A stretch of 64,000 nt of DNA from Oculina patagonica. Lineage: Eukaryota. Shown here one piece after another: positions 12,901 through 27,500 of this stretch (its first letter is position 1; each line of letters begins with the position of its first letter). The DNA lies in contig NC_135764.1 of assembly GCF_052425735.1 (NCBI RefSeq), positions 20,336,001 through 20,400,000 on the forward strand, in the 5' to 3' direction. Below the pieces are notes generated by a model. The model was not told the DNA's origin. It did no database searches and saw only the letters and a program-made list of their open reading frames with translations. The position numbers were made by a program, and so were the translations under genes.

Positions 12901-15900
12901 CTCCCGGGCGTTTTAATTTAAAGTTACAAGCAGACAAGATTAACTTTAAAAACTGTTCCGCCGGACCATATTTCAAAAACCCATATCGCAATCCGTTTCA
13001 ATCTTCGACACTTATGGCCATCCGTGTCTTCTTTTGCATTTGGTGTGTTATTGAAATATTTCTTCAGTGTTTTAAGAGGTTATTTTATACAGTTAAACGT
13101 ATTTGATGGTCATTTCGGTCCCTCTAAGCAAAACCTTAGCTTTGCAATCTAAATTTCCAATGAGCTAAGATGCTATTAAATTCGCTTTGAGATTATTCAA
13201 AGAAACACTGTGATTTGAAATTTTTCCTTAACGATATACCTTAGGCTTATCAAAGCTTGGTAGTTCACCAAGCTGCATTTCTGTGCTAAGATTTGTTTTT
13301 AAGCTGAGTAGCGTTTTCAAAAGATTGTTGCTATAGTGATCTTTAATGACGTAATACGTACAAACTTTAGGCTGCAAAGGATCGAGTAAACTTTGCTGCT
13401 GTGCAAAAAACCAAGCCACATAATGCTATCCAACAGATAAATCACTTTCCAGTGTATAATGTAGCCCAGTAGTTTTGTTAAATCTCGATGGAACCGAGAA
13501 CGCGTGTTCAATAAATGACACTTCAACTCTTTCGCTAGAGGCCTTAAATGTTGTTTTTACCAGTTTTGTGACAGATTATCTACTGAGACAAAAATTATCA
13601 ATAAAGTGAAATTATCTTTACCTGCGAAGATAAATTTAATTAAAAACCTGAATAAAAAGATAGAGGGAGTTTCGTAAGTCCTTATTGGTTCCGAGTACCT
13701 GCCACCTGTTGCGCTATTTTAATTATTTTTAGTTTTTTTTCCCTTTTGGTTTAAAAACATTTTGTCATTCACAAATTAATTTTACCTCCTCGCGAAAACA
13801 ACCATAGAATTTAGAAAATAATCCCCCCTCCCCCCAAAAAAAGCTTCCCTCTCCCCAAAAAGAGCCCCTAGTATTTCGGAGGCAGAAATCCTTCCAAAAA
13901 ATGAGACCTCTCTAATAATAATTAACCCAATTGATACTGAACAATACGGTGTACGAACTACAAGAAATTAATTTTAATTACTATGCTTTTTTGGTTCACT
14001 TTTGGATACAAACCTTTGAAACACTTACTATATTATATACATTTCGCCGATACTATATTTTTGCACTTTTTTGCACACTTCTTGCCAGCTAGGCGAACTG
14101 TGAGTAAGCAAGGCCGCGCATCGTACTGATGAACGGTTACGGCAATTAGATATTTTCAGGAGCGCCATTACGTTTATGATCTGTCTCCTTAGAATTGAAG
14201 TCTGACCAGCTGAATTACCGGTTTGCCATTTGCTAACCACATGGGGGTCATTTCTTCCTTCCTTATATTTCATCCCAATGGAGGAAGGAGACTTCGATTC
14301 CTTCCAGAACTGACGGAAAAAAACCGGTCGATCGCAAGTTAGCCATTTAAAGCAATAGCTTCACGACGCGACACATCTTCGCGGTTTTAGCTTGGCACAA
14401 CCTGACTTTTCTCAACTATAATACAGTTATAATGTTCAGACAATGTTAAATTTATAGCATCATCAGGGATCGTTTGCATCGGGCATTTTGAAAATATTAT
14501 TTGGCACTCACAAGGGCGTATTTGCCAGTTTTAAACTGTTAAGGGGAATGTTAGGGGTGATCTGTCATTTTCAAGAGGATGGTAATGGGGGATATAATTG
14601 TTCAAGATCACTTCTCACAAAAAATAAAATGCCGTTTTACAATTCACGAGAAGAAAGGCCTATTACGGATCACGAAAACCCCTTTACCACCCTCTATTAA
14701 GAGCCGAATGTTTGGCATATCATTCAGAATACATGGAATTTTCAAGGTAACATTTGCCCTCTTTGGGTTATGGAGTTCGGTTCTGGTATTAGGTTTGTTC
14801 AGTGGTATGTTGTTCTGATCGTATTTTTGTTTAGTTGATACCGCGGCGCGGACAAGACGCAAAAGGCCAATATGATGGCTCTGTAGATCGACCTACACCC
14901 ACTTACATCGGCAGAGCGTCATATTAAAACTTGGGCAAGCCAAAAGTGCGATATTATTTATAAGTCATCAGATAACAGTGAGATAAACAAATTATTATGA
15001 ACTTGTTTACAAGGACAAATCTTCAGAGACGCCGCGGTTCAAGAGGGTAAACACTGTCTGATTATCCTTTTTTCCTTTTAAAGGCTACCTGATATAATTG
15101 TATCCTAGGAGGTAGGATTGTTCTACCCAGGTATACAGTTTGCAATTTCCGTCGACTTTGAGGTTCACTTATCGCATCTCAAAAGGGATAAGCGTCATTT
15201 GAGAGTTTATTAAGTGTCCCAGACGAGTTTTTGATGTTGTTCAAATCTAAAATTTATTGTGAATTTTCTTTTTTCTTATTAGTTGATCAAAACCAATGTC
15301 CGGAATTTGGCTGCGTTCGTAACTTTGTTGCCTTAAATATTTTAAAAGGTTAACTATTTCAAAGTTCGAGGAAAGCATAGATTAGATATCTTCAGGTCGG
15401 CTTTCACGAAACTTCTATTTATTTACACAGTAGCCGAATAAAATCTGGACAACTTTCGTTTAAATAGCCCAATAAACTTTGACTAAGAGATAGGAATAAG
15501 ATTCACTTTTCTGAAAGAAAAACAAAACTCAAAAGAATATAAATAAAAGAAAAAAAGGCGCAAGTGCCATGCCATGGTTGACAATTTAGTAAATTTTATT
15601 TTAGTTTAGAAAAATGTATTGTAATCGGAATTTCAAAGAAATTATGTTGGAGTATTAACAGATAGTGATTACAATCTATTCTTTACGTTTTATATTATGC
15701 AAATTAACCCGACATCGCGTCTTGTTGCTACAGGTACCATGAATATTTATTCAAAGGATTATTCTGTAATTGTTTTGCTTCAATGTGAAATAAAATATGC
15801 ATATAGAAACGAGGAATGTTGAAAGTTTTGTCACGGTAATGTCCGATCTAGTAGCTTATTGCGAAAGAAGAAAAGAAACTTAAGTCCTAAGGGTACGTGA

Positions 15901-16748
15901 CGAATTGTATTTTGGATTAAAGCCGTCCCTGCCCACGCCTGCGTCCGACACCGGAACAGCTAAATCAATTGCCGCAACAGGTTGCCTGCAAAATTATCGT
16001 TTCATTAGCGTCTTTTTATAAAGCCGATATTCTTAAAAACCAGCCTGTCTCTTAGCAATCGGTAAAATTTTAGTTAACCAATCTTGCCCTCAATGGAAAA
16101 GAACCGAGCACGAAATAGGGGTCGGTTTTTCAGCACCGATTAGTCGCTGCAGCGATGCGTTAAATACTTAAGTTTTAATGTAAGCTCATACATTATAATT
16201 CTGTTTTTAATACCGATTTATTTAATGCCTTTATTCTTTCAGGACAAAGGTGACAGCACTTGAAATCGCCTGTGCAAACTTTAATTTGGAATGTAAAGAA
16301 AGGTGGCGAGCTCAGAGTTGTCGCAAGCCCTCGACGCCACGTTCTCTGTACGTTCACTTATGTAACTTGAGAAGAGGATTCTGTGACAATCATACGCTTT
16401 CGAACTGTATTCGTTGCTGAGTGTCTGTCCGTCTTCAAGCAAAATCGTGTCAGTTAAACTTCCTACAATCCGCTGATTACACAGGAAAAACGTAAAATTT
16501 GAAAGTCAACATGTGCCAGCATTGATTACGCAGTTCCTGAATCGTCGAGCGCTTTAAGACACGGTTATTAAAGCGACGGAGTATGTTTATATAAACAGTT
16601 CAAGGAGTGTGGTTAACCTTGTCGGACTGGGGCGGTTTGGTTTCAACTGCTCTGCTCTGCTCTCCTGGACGTGGAAGCCGCGGATTTTTATCAGTTCCAA
16701 TTCTTGTAGAATCAAAACAAACAGTCATCTAAAGTAGAATTGTCTAGA

Positions 16749-18645
16749 ATGGCCTTTTTCGACCTTCAATTGAAGCGATTATTTATTCTGGTGTCGTTTT
16801 GGACGCTGAGCTTGGCAGCGGATGGCGGACATAATAAACATGGCAACGACTCCTCGCCGGGAATCCATGATGATTTTAACAGAACAGTGGTTTTAAACAG
16901 TGCTAGCGAGCATTATTTAGCGATGATATTTCACGACTACTCGGATAACGCCACGGAGAAAATCTCCGCTGCAAGATTTAAAGATCTGTTGCGGGATTTG
17001 AATCTCGGGGAGAAGGTTTCCGTGACAAAAACATCGCCATCGAAAGAATCCCCCGGGAGTCGCCACCGACATCGGCAAGCAAGGAGTTACGGGCAGCAAG
17101 CGAGTGAATTTGCTGGAGGAAGCACGTACAAACGAAAAGAACAGCGTAATTTTGTGTCCCGTGGAAGTCCCGCGAAGTCTCGGGACAGGAAGCGACGGAA
17201 CACGCAGGATAATAACTATTCACATAACGATCACAAAGAGGTGAGATATTAAAATAAGTATTTATTTTTTCCGTAATTTTACTCGCTGAGTATGTTTATC
17301 GCTGTAATTGACTATTGTTTATGTCTGGGCAAGTAGTTTGAAAACTACTTTAGAGGAATTGACCGTTTATATGGCAAGCCGTGTTCACCCATAATTCACT
17401 GTGGCCCAGGGCGCGTCACAGAACAACCCTTAATTTTAACTTGTCTGGAACGTGCCTATAAAGAAAGCAGAAGAAAGGTATGTGAAAGTTATACGTGCAA
17501 CTATGAAAGTATTCTTCATGCAGAGGTCATCTGTATTTTATTTCGCGAAAAAAGGTGAAGAAGGTCATTTCATCAATGAGTCGAAATAAAGCTAAATAAG
17601 TGATTGGTTTGATCCGAAAGCGAGATTTTAAGGAGCTTTCTTTTTAATCAGTCCACTGAAGTTTTTAACGTTTTTCCGCAAACACTAAAGTGCAAAAACA
17701 TAAAACCGGGATAAAGGCATGTACTGTAGCATGTATGTAGACTTTATTTGAATGATCCCAAACTATGGTTTCACCCATAGACTCTAACCTAGAACCACCG
17801 TGTACAGCATAATAAACAGTACAACATGAGTGTACTACACAGACTGCAAGAAAGCTTTCATTTGAATAGTCACACAGAACTTTAATCGACTTGGGTTTGC
17901 CTTTGAATGCAATATATTTACACGATAAGATAATTTTCGTGGCATTCGCCTGAACATAGGCTAAATTCGTTACTGCGTATTCCACTTTCAGTAAACCCGA
18001 GTAAACTTACATGTATAGTGTATGCACTGAAGGTCAGTATCAAAATCTCCTAAGTGGATTTATTTCATTTTCTCCCCTTCAAGTTGATATAAACTGTTTT
18101 TTTGGTCAAGAAACGCACGGCTTACCGTAAATGATAAAGTTCCATATGTGATAGTGGTCATGCACTTAGCTTTGACCTAGTTGGTACTTTTACGTCTCAG
18201 AAAATCAGTACTGAAACTCTGGTATCGTTGTGCCTCGATTCAAATGAAAGCCATTCGGGACGGCGCTTTTATATACCGTACTGTTTATTATGCTGTAAAA
18301 ATTCAAACTTTTTACGAATGTAAAAGAAAACACAGAACACAATCGGGCGCATCTATACGCATTTTAATCAAACCTGTTATTTAAGGTACTGTTTTTTTTT
18401 TCAACGTTAAACTTGGACACTAGTACTTACTGCGAAAGAGTTAATCTTCTTTATGCTAACGCAGTTTTCGTGTTCTTTGCGTACGAAAATTGCGTAAAAC
18501 GACGTCACCCTAACCTGGCCTGTACATTAGAAAAGGAAAAAAACTTTTCAGGTCAGTTATCTCATTACACGTACTAATCTCGAGTGGATTACGGTTTGCC
18601 GGAAACGGCATCTTGAGAACTTTCAAGTGATTCTGAAAGAAGCAA

Positions 18646-18681
<36 letters not shown>

Positions 18682-21600
18682 TGCTGTACATGGTACCGAC
18701 TTTTTTTATTATTATTTTCCGTCGCGGTCAAAAACATTTCACTTGTTCACCCCAGAGTATAATCAGAAGGTTTACGGGGCTACAAAGCCGTTTTTGTTTT
18801 TTGTTAGTTAGTGTTGGTGTTAGCCGTTAGCCGTTGTTGTGTTTTGTTAGTTAGTGCTGGTAACAGAGTGATAACATCTGTATGCGTAGACAGATCACCC
18901 TTTGTGAATGTTGTTTGTTTTTTGGGGGGGGGGTTTTTTGGTTTTTTTGGGCATTTTTCTAAGTACTTTCAAATTGAAGGAAACTGTCTAACATAGAAAA
19001 CAACTCTTAAAGGAGCAACAAAATTCAAATAACGCAAAAATAACAAAGACGGTTTCGACTGATCGACTAAGATTCGAAAATGGATTAGAACTGATTTCTT
19101 TGCAAACATTTAGTTTGATAGCGAATCTTAGGCCAGATTTAATTTCAAAATGTTAACTTGTCCGTGACGTAGCTCCTTTAAGGCGTTTCTTTATGAGTTT
19201 TTATACATGTAGTTGCTACATATTATGATATCTTTTAAAGCACGTTTTTAAAGTAAGCCGGAATCAGCTTAGCAGGAATGATTTTCGTCTGGAACGGTTT
19301 GGAACGTGACTCTTGGCTGGCCTGTGCCATTTGTCACTCAACAATAAAAGAGTCTGTATTGGTACCTCTTAGGGGTAAATATGAACTTGAGCCAACTCCC
19401 CCAAAAAGGGATTCTTTTGATTTCTAGGGATGTTTTGGTTTTCAAAAAATTCCAACTGACATGCCTGTCACTTTATATAGCAGTCCCCCCCCCTCCCCAC
19501 CCCCCGGGTCCGCGAGTGTCAGGAGTGTGAGTGTGTGGTTTTCCCGTCTTCGGCTCTTTAGTTTCTTGGAAAAAAGAAGCCCCGAGAAAGATGTCAAAGT
19601 AACATATAAGGTGTTCAACGAACTGCAAACTTAAAAAGAAGACGATACACTTTAATGAATGATGAAATCGTAGCCACAAATAGAATAAAGATTTTTTTTA
19701 GCTAACGCACAAACTGACCTTTATATATTGTTCAGATGTGTAGGATAAAATAATCTATTGCCGAGTTGTCTATTACTTCTGCGGGAATGCAACTTTTCTT
19801 TTAATAGAAATACTCCTTAAGGAGATGTCGCTTGAGTGAATATGTTATTTTATGTGTCCTTGATATGTAGTCACTCGTGAAACAAAATCAAGAATTAATA
19901 TTGATCATCTTCAAAAGGTTTAAAAATAAAACTGTTTGAGCAGCGTTTTAATTAGGCCAAGTAAAAAACAAAACAAATGTTTCTCGTCCGGATTTCTATA
20001 AAGAGAGCGGGCGGGCGCTTTTGTTTTGTTACATGTTTTTTATTTATTATTTTGTTGCATTTCTTACCTGTGTTGTTCGAATATTGGTGTTTTTCCCTCC
20101 AGGTCATTCTCCAGATGGACGAATGTCCGCAAGGGATGACCTATCCAGTACAGACCTAGCGTACCAAGGGTTTAAAATTTTGGCCTGAGTTTGTATTAAA
20201 ACGCGGACAAAATCAACGACTTACAGAATTTTTTCAACTACGTATAAAGTGAAAGTACACGAACGCCTGTTCGTTTGTGCTCGTTCCAACTTTTTCAATA
20301 ACAAAAAATAAAAAAAGGGAGGCGGCCCCACGAGGGGGGGGGGGTTTTCGGCCTTGATAAACGTTTCAGGAAATTTCCTTGTAATGCATTATTTGAACCT
20401 TCAGCGTTTTGTAAATTTTGCATTTCAATGTATAAGCCACGAATTTCAAAGAAATTCATGTCCGCTTTTTCGAAATTTTTTAAATTATTTTTTATAGCTT
20501 GCATGGCCTTGTCAGGCATACAATTATCAATACTTTTGTAATGATAAGTAACATGTTAAAGATTATAAATTATTTAACAATAAAAAACGTTCCTGGAGCA
20601 TGCATGCAGGCAGGCAAACAACAATATTAGTATACCAGAGTGTTTCATTTACATTTTTTACAGTAATTACGAAATCCAATTTCGCGATATTTCTCTTTTC
20701 AATGTGTTTTCATTCTTGCATTTACTGTTTTGTTCTTTGTGGGTAGTGGGGATTATTATATACAAGAATTATTTATTAGATTCACTAATACACGTATTGG
20801 GCTGCAATCAAGTACATGATAGACTACCAAGTGTAAAAATGGTAGTTTTTATGTTAGGCACTCGCGTGCAATGTTTCCTAGACATTTTTGATGTGTTATA
20901 ATAACGTGCTGCAAGGCTGCAGGTATACGCCATTCACCCCCACTCCTCCCCCTCCCACCCCGTTTAAAAAGTGGTCCGGCGGAGCTGGAACTCAGGGAAT
21001 TCAAAATGAAAATTTCCAACTCAATTTGCGAAGGGAATTTTGAATAAGGAAAAAAACTAAGGATCAACTACAAGACTACGAAACGTAACTGATGGTGAAA
21101 ACCGTTTTTGGTTTAAATATTTATAATTCCCTGGTTTGCATCACCGTTTAGATTAATGTTTGCAGCACGAAAACAAAAAAAGGTTTTGTCCACAGTAAAG
21201 ATTTATGTTTCTATATATTATTGCATAAGAGAAAGACCAAAGCACTTTAATAATACTTGTTGAACGAGCGACATTGTTCAAGTTTTTCTCCGTTTCATTT
21301 TCCGTGTCCAGCAGATAAGTAAGAAATATTTTAATTTTAATGGCAGACGGTGCCAGAGGACTTTGTTGGACATAAATTCAAAAATTAAATCCTGCCAGTT
21401 GTTTTCATATTAAAGAAATTCTGTTATGATTTATCGCCATAAGCGTTTTTTTTTCTTCTGTTTGTAACGTGTAGAATATTATTTATTTTAATTGCCGGCG
21501 GCATTTAAGAGAGGGGTGTTAACGAAGTTCAAGTTCGCCTTTTCAAAATTTCTCATTATTTTTTTATAGCTTGCACGGCCTTTTTACTTTTGTAATGATC

Positions 21601-24226
21601 AAAATCTTCATAAAAATTATAAATTATTCAAAAATAAATAACGTTTGGCATGCAGTCAAACAACAACAGTAGCCAGTAGTATATTTAATTACCGTTTGAC
21701 AGCAACAAAAAGAAAATTCTTTTTCCTCTCTTTTTCTTTGTAATCTGTTTTCATCCTCGTGGCCTTGCGATATAAGGTTTTCTACTTTTTGGAGAATATT
21801 ATATACAAGAGTTATTTATTAGATTCACTAATATACGTGTTGGCATGCAGTCAAATGCATGATAGAGTACCAAGTGTGAAAATGGTTGTTTTTTTTTTAA
21901 GAAATAACAAACAATAAAGTAAAACACTTGCGAAGGTTTCTAGAATTTTGTAATGTGTTGTGGTAACGTGCTGCAAAGCTGCAGATGGACGCAATTCACC
22001 CCTCCCCCCCCCTCCCCCCCCCCCCCCCCTCCACCCTGTTTAATAAGAGGCCCGGCATAGCTGGAACTCGAGGAAACAAATAAACTACAAAATGAAAATT
22101 GGCAGATTGGCAGTTAGGAAACAAATTTTGTTTTTTTGTTTTTCGAAAGTTTTTGTAAAGTGTAGAATATTATAAATTTTAATTGCCGGCGGCATTTAAA
22201 AGAGAAATGTAAGTAATTTAAATTATAATTGTGACATTCATACTGTACGGCTGCACGATTTCCTAATCCTTCAATTGTCCGTGTCATTTTTAATGATTGA
22301 CAGGTGGAACATTCAGCTGGCTTTTTTTGGCACGCTGAATGAAACATGTAGTATAAAATGAACCTAACCTAATGTTGCATTCACTTTTTTAGTGTTTGGA
22401 AGAGAACGAGTTGATGAGCATTCATGATGTGAGTGAGGCAGAAGGATTAAGCGAAGACGATTTTGTAAGGATTTGCCCATCCTTGATTCGTCAACTGCAA
22501 GAGGGCGCGTGCGTTAAAGAAAAGTCTGAAAGCAAAGAGATGGGGGAAGATTCCGGCAGAATGCTACACAGTAAGTGTATGACTATGTTAACAACATTGA
22601 ATATACGTGCAGCGCAATACTTTTGGAAGAACGTTTAAATAGAAGAAATGACTGCGTGTGTCAGACGCCTGTTTGCAACTCACAGCCGTCTCCCAACGAA
22701 GCAGAGGGACTACCTTATTGTTAATACTATCCCAGGCCGTACTTAGGAATTTTAGCGATTCTGCGGGGGCACATTCAAAAAACGCGAAAAGAAATTGCCC
22801 AGCAAAAACTATTTTAGAAATTTTTTTTTTTTTTGTTTTCCAAGTCCGGGGAAAATGCCCCCGTTCCCTTTTCGCGAAATTAAGTACGGCCCGGCGATAA
22901 GTTACAATAAGGTATTAGAATGTCATAGAATGTTTCAATGTGCAAAAGAACGATGAAAGCCTTATTAAAATAATACTGTAGTTTATTAGAATAAAGAACG
23001 ACACGAATCGTTAAGATTCGGAAAGATTATGGCGCGGATTATAGCGATACGGCTGAATAAAAGGTTATGCAACATTTCACTCAGTTGCAAAAAAAATATC
23101 TTGTGCAACACTATGGCTTTTACACGAATTTTTCACGGATTTTTCTCTAATCTCGTAACACTGAAATCAATTATTTGCACTGCTGCGAGAGAAACACAAT
23201 CAGTGTTTCCTTCTGCTTTAAGCTAAAGAAATACGTGGGATTACTTGTCTTGACAAATTAACATGAACATCGCCCAACTCACCTGCAAAAAGAAGTGCTG
23301 TGAGACCTGCGCATGCCCAATACCCGATTCCCTCTATAGCGCGCGCTGCGGGGAACCGGTGTTTTTATAAACCTGCGCGAGATGAGTGTGTTTTTGTGTG
23401 TCTCGGTGTTTTTTTGTATATATAATCCTTTCCCCCGCGCGCGCGGAGGGTATTCAAACCACGTTGATTCCCCGCAACTTAGGTCAGGGGCTCCAGTGCT
23501 AGGGTCCCTTTTGAAAGATGTGTACTACTAACTGACCTAGCGCGAAATACCGTCTTTTTGTATAAGAACGGTATTTGATGACAAAAAAACTTAGAAAATT
23601 TTAATGCTTGCCAAAATATTTGTATTTGGATTTTCTGGGAAGCTCAATGTTCATTTAATTTGTCTGTTACTCTGACCTTTGGGTACGAGCAAGGGAAACC
23701 TGTTTCCGGAGGACATGTTATTGGGTGGAATTTTCGTCTTGGGGAGGACTAGACATTTGGGCCGACCTTTTTTGGGATTTTGTGCCAAAAGAGAATCCAA
23801 AATGCAAATAGTGAAACCTTACGGTATGAGTCGTCAAATTAAATGGAAATGTCTGAAAAATGCATAAAAAAAATTCCCTCCAATGAACGTTTTTTTTAAA
23901 AAAAAAAAAGATTGAAGAAGAACACTCCCGTATCTAGAAGAACCATCATCCATCCTTTTGTTCTTTTCACAAATGATATACTCTTCTTGCAGTTTGGGGT
24001 TATGGTATCCTGTCAATCACTGTCATCAGTCTGACGTCCCTTCTGGCGATAGCAATCATTCCTCTGATGGGACATTCGATATACAAAAAGATCATGTCAT
24101 TTCTGGTGGCGCTAGCTGTCGGTACATTGTCAGGAGACGCCCTGCTACATCTGATTCCACATGTGAGTCTACAAGTTTCTTTATTCGAAACAAAGTAGGG
24201 AATAAGGGAAAGAAAGGAAGACATAC

Positions 24227-24273
<47 letters not shown>

Positions 24274-24513
24274 TTGCCATGACTTACTGAAGGAACGAAA
24301 GAGCGGATGAACAAACGAACGAGCGAATGAATGAATGAATGAATGAATGAATGGACGAATGAATGGAGAAGTGAAAATAAACGATAAAACGAAAAGAAAG
24401 AACGATCATTTAAACGAGAAAATAGACGAACAAACGAAAAAAGAACGAATGTATGAAAGACATGTGAGTAACTGACTGATTAATTGACTGACTGACTGTC
24501 TGTCAGATTATTG

Positions 24514-24553
<40 letters not shown>

Positions 24554-27500
24554 CTGACTGATTGATTGATTGATTTGGTGGAATAATCGAGTGAGTGAAA
24601 GACTGAAGAAAAGTTACCAATGGCTATGAAAAATAACTCGAAACATTCGCCACAAATAATCACACATCCTCAAGTTATTGGCTCGGTGGATCAGAGAACA
24701 GTAGAGAGAACTTTCAACCCATGATATTTGTTTTCTGTTTATTTTTAAGGCTTTTAGCGCCGGTCATGACGACAGCGAAGGGCATACAATGAACGTCTAC
24801 AAGTCCTGTGTAATCATGGCAGGAATCTACGTGTTTTTCATGATAGAGTGCACAATGAAAGCGCGCATGGCACGGAAGAAGCGCCCAGGAGAGCACGTGC
24901 ACACGTGTGACAATGTTACATCTCCAGACAAAATGGTATGACACTCTACTGATTATATAACCACGCACTAGCAAAGAAACTTTTTCAGGCCTTGGTTTCT
25001 CGCTATGTCCAATGTTACTGTCAACCTTGTTCCCAGGGCTTTTCCCTGGGAACGAGGTTGTCTCACTGTACACTTACCTTAACGCGTGACAAGAGAAGTA
25101 GACACGCCTTCAGTCCAGATTCTTTCCATTGCTTGTCACGCAATAACATGCTTGTTACGAAATAGTGCGTGATAAGTCATTTGTATGTTTGTAAAGGAGA
25201 CCAGTAGTTTATTAAGAGAGTAGTTTCATCCAGCTACAATGAATACCTTAGCCGTCACTATACCCTTTGAGTTGTTATTTATCATAGTCAAATCTCTCGC
25301 TCTGGTCCACCGTTTATTCTTATACACGGAAAACGTATTACCTTCACTTCGTTATAAATTAAAGCAATTTTTTTTTTTGATCACAATTTTTTTTTTTTTT
25401 TTTTTTCCTCCTCTCCTTTTTTTTTTTTTTTTTAAGAGGTGGGATGTGGATCATATATCGAGTCAACATGACGTTTGACAAATCTCTTAAGACATACCTC
25501 AAATTTCCAAGGTTTCTGTACGAACTACGATTAATTCCAGGTTCCTTTTGTTTATTACAATACAGAGCCTTAGCCAAAAAGAGAAACAAGCCGCAAAGTA
25601 TCAAGAAATGATTGGTTCACGGCTCGCTGGAATTCAACGATGTATCAGCCACGACGGCGCGCACTTTCCAAAAGTCAGCGGTGACATCTCTGAAGGCTGT
25701 AAACCAACATCATGTGAACTGGTCCTTGTGGAGTCTGGGAGCGAGGAGCGTGCCAGCACTAGGTCCGGGAGCTCCCAAGAAAAGGAACCCTTGTGGCAAC
25801 CTAGTTGCCATGGCGACCATTGCCATCAACGGGATAGTCTGGGTGAACGTAGCAAGCACAGTTTTAGCGACTCGGAACTTGTGGCTGTTTTACAGGGCAA
25901 GTCTTGCATCAGGCCCAACATCTACACCAACAACAACTTTTCTGCCAGTGGTAGCGATAGCGATAGTCAAACACATCACAACGTCAATCAAATTCGCCGT
26001 CACGATGGTAACCAATACTCGTACCCAGTCCCCGCTGAGACGACAACCATTACGACGGAGACGACATCAAGAAGCGACAGTGGAGATGGCAGCTATGAGG
26101 ACGAACACGAGCAGGACGACCACCAGCATCATCATCATCACCATCACAGCCACAATATTGATAAGACCACCTCAATTGCTACTGTAGCGTGGATGGTGAT
26201 TGTGGGTGATGGCTTTCATAACTTCAGTGATGGCCTGGCTGTTGGTGCTGCCTTTTCGGCGTCACTGACCAGCGGTCTTACTACAGCGATAGCGGTGTTC
26301 TGTCACGAACTGCCTCATGAACTAGGTAAGATTTGGGGGAACAGCGGGCCAATGCACCTGTCAATGTTGCCCAGGGTGGGGGTGGGGGGACGGGCGGAAT
26401 GACATCTGAAGTGTCCCGGGTGGGAGACATCAAAATGGTCCTGGAGAAAAAGAGAAGAGAGAATGACATTCACTCTGCTCCAGAAGTCTCCGCGCCCGCC
26501 CCCCCACCGGGGAGACAGGAAAAAAAAGAAAAAGGAAAAACAGAATGTCTCTGCCCAGAACAAAGAGGTGGGAGGAAACGGATGAAAAGAGTTTAAGTGG
26601 TTCACGTCAATGTAGGATTTTTGTACCTTTAAAAACCTGGCGTTCTTTCTTTCGCGTATCGAAACTATCAACGGCCGTACGGCTTAATCAGCTGTACAGC
26701 TCCATCAGCTATGCAGGCCTTGTTTCTCATAAGGGACGGTTCATTTTTTATGAGATAGGGGGGCTGGTGGGATTTGAGGGGGGGCCATCCGAAAAAATTT
26801 GGCTTTAAAGGGGGGGTCAGCCAAAAAAATATGGTCTGTAAGGGGGGTCACTTAATATAATGGTACTGTTTAAGTGTTGTAAAGAGACTTCTGTAAGAGT
26901 AAAAAAAAATTTGGCAGATGCCCAAAATAACATTCCTGAGGTCCAAAATATTTTTCGCGGGGGAGGGTGCCCCCGGACCCCCCTACTTTGTTATGTACCA
27001 AATGCCATTAACTCAACCCAACAGCTTCTTGGTTACAAGGCAGACAACCCATACTAACAGACGACATCCACAATAAACAGTTGAGGAATGCCAGCTATTT
27101 GGGATGTGTTTTTTGTACACTGATAAATTCTTTACTCACAAGGCTCGATATATTTTAATTTCACTTGATAATTGTTTTTTTTTTTTGGGGGGGGGGGGGG
27201 TCATCGAAAAAAAAATTGATTTCGAGGGGGGGCCAGGCAAAAAATTTCGATGAATGAAGGGGGGGCCATTATATATAACAGTGACTATCTATCAAATCCC
27301 ACCAGCCCCCCTACCCCATAAAAAATGAAGGTCCTCTAAAGTAAGGGTTTCCTGTAATTTGTTTTCAATAATTCTGTTTTGTGGCATTTGAGTTTGAAGG
27401 ATATTAGCTTATCACTTTTGTATATATGCTTTTCATGAGGGAACTCTAAGCTCAGGAGTGAAAAGACAAACCCGTTGTTGTAACATTTATTTAATCTGTT

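Noticed and set aside
12410-14085. MTF-1 metal response elements (TGCRCNC) upstream of ZIP
   Set aside because: Only isolated matches (~12413, ~14072), no more than chance, and the TSS is unknown.
18510-18830. Poly-Cys / poly-Ala protein
   Set aside because: Translation of an intronic CTG microsatellite.
25612-26187. 191-aa overlapping ORF in ZIP exon 5
   Set aside because: Alternative-frame shadow of a low-complexity coding exon with a non-ATG start and no recognisable motif.
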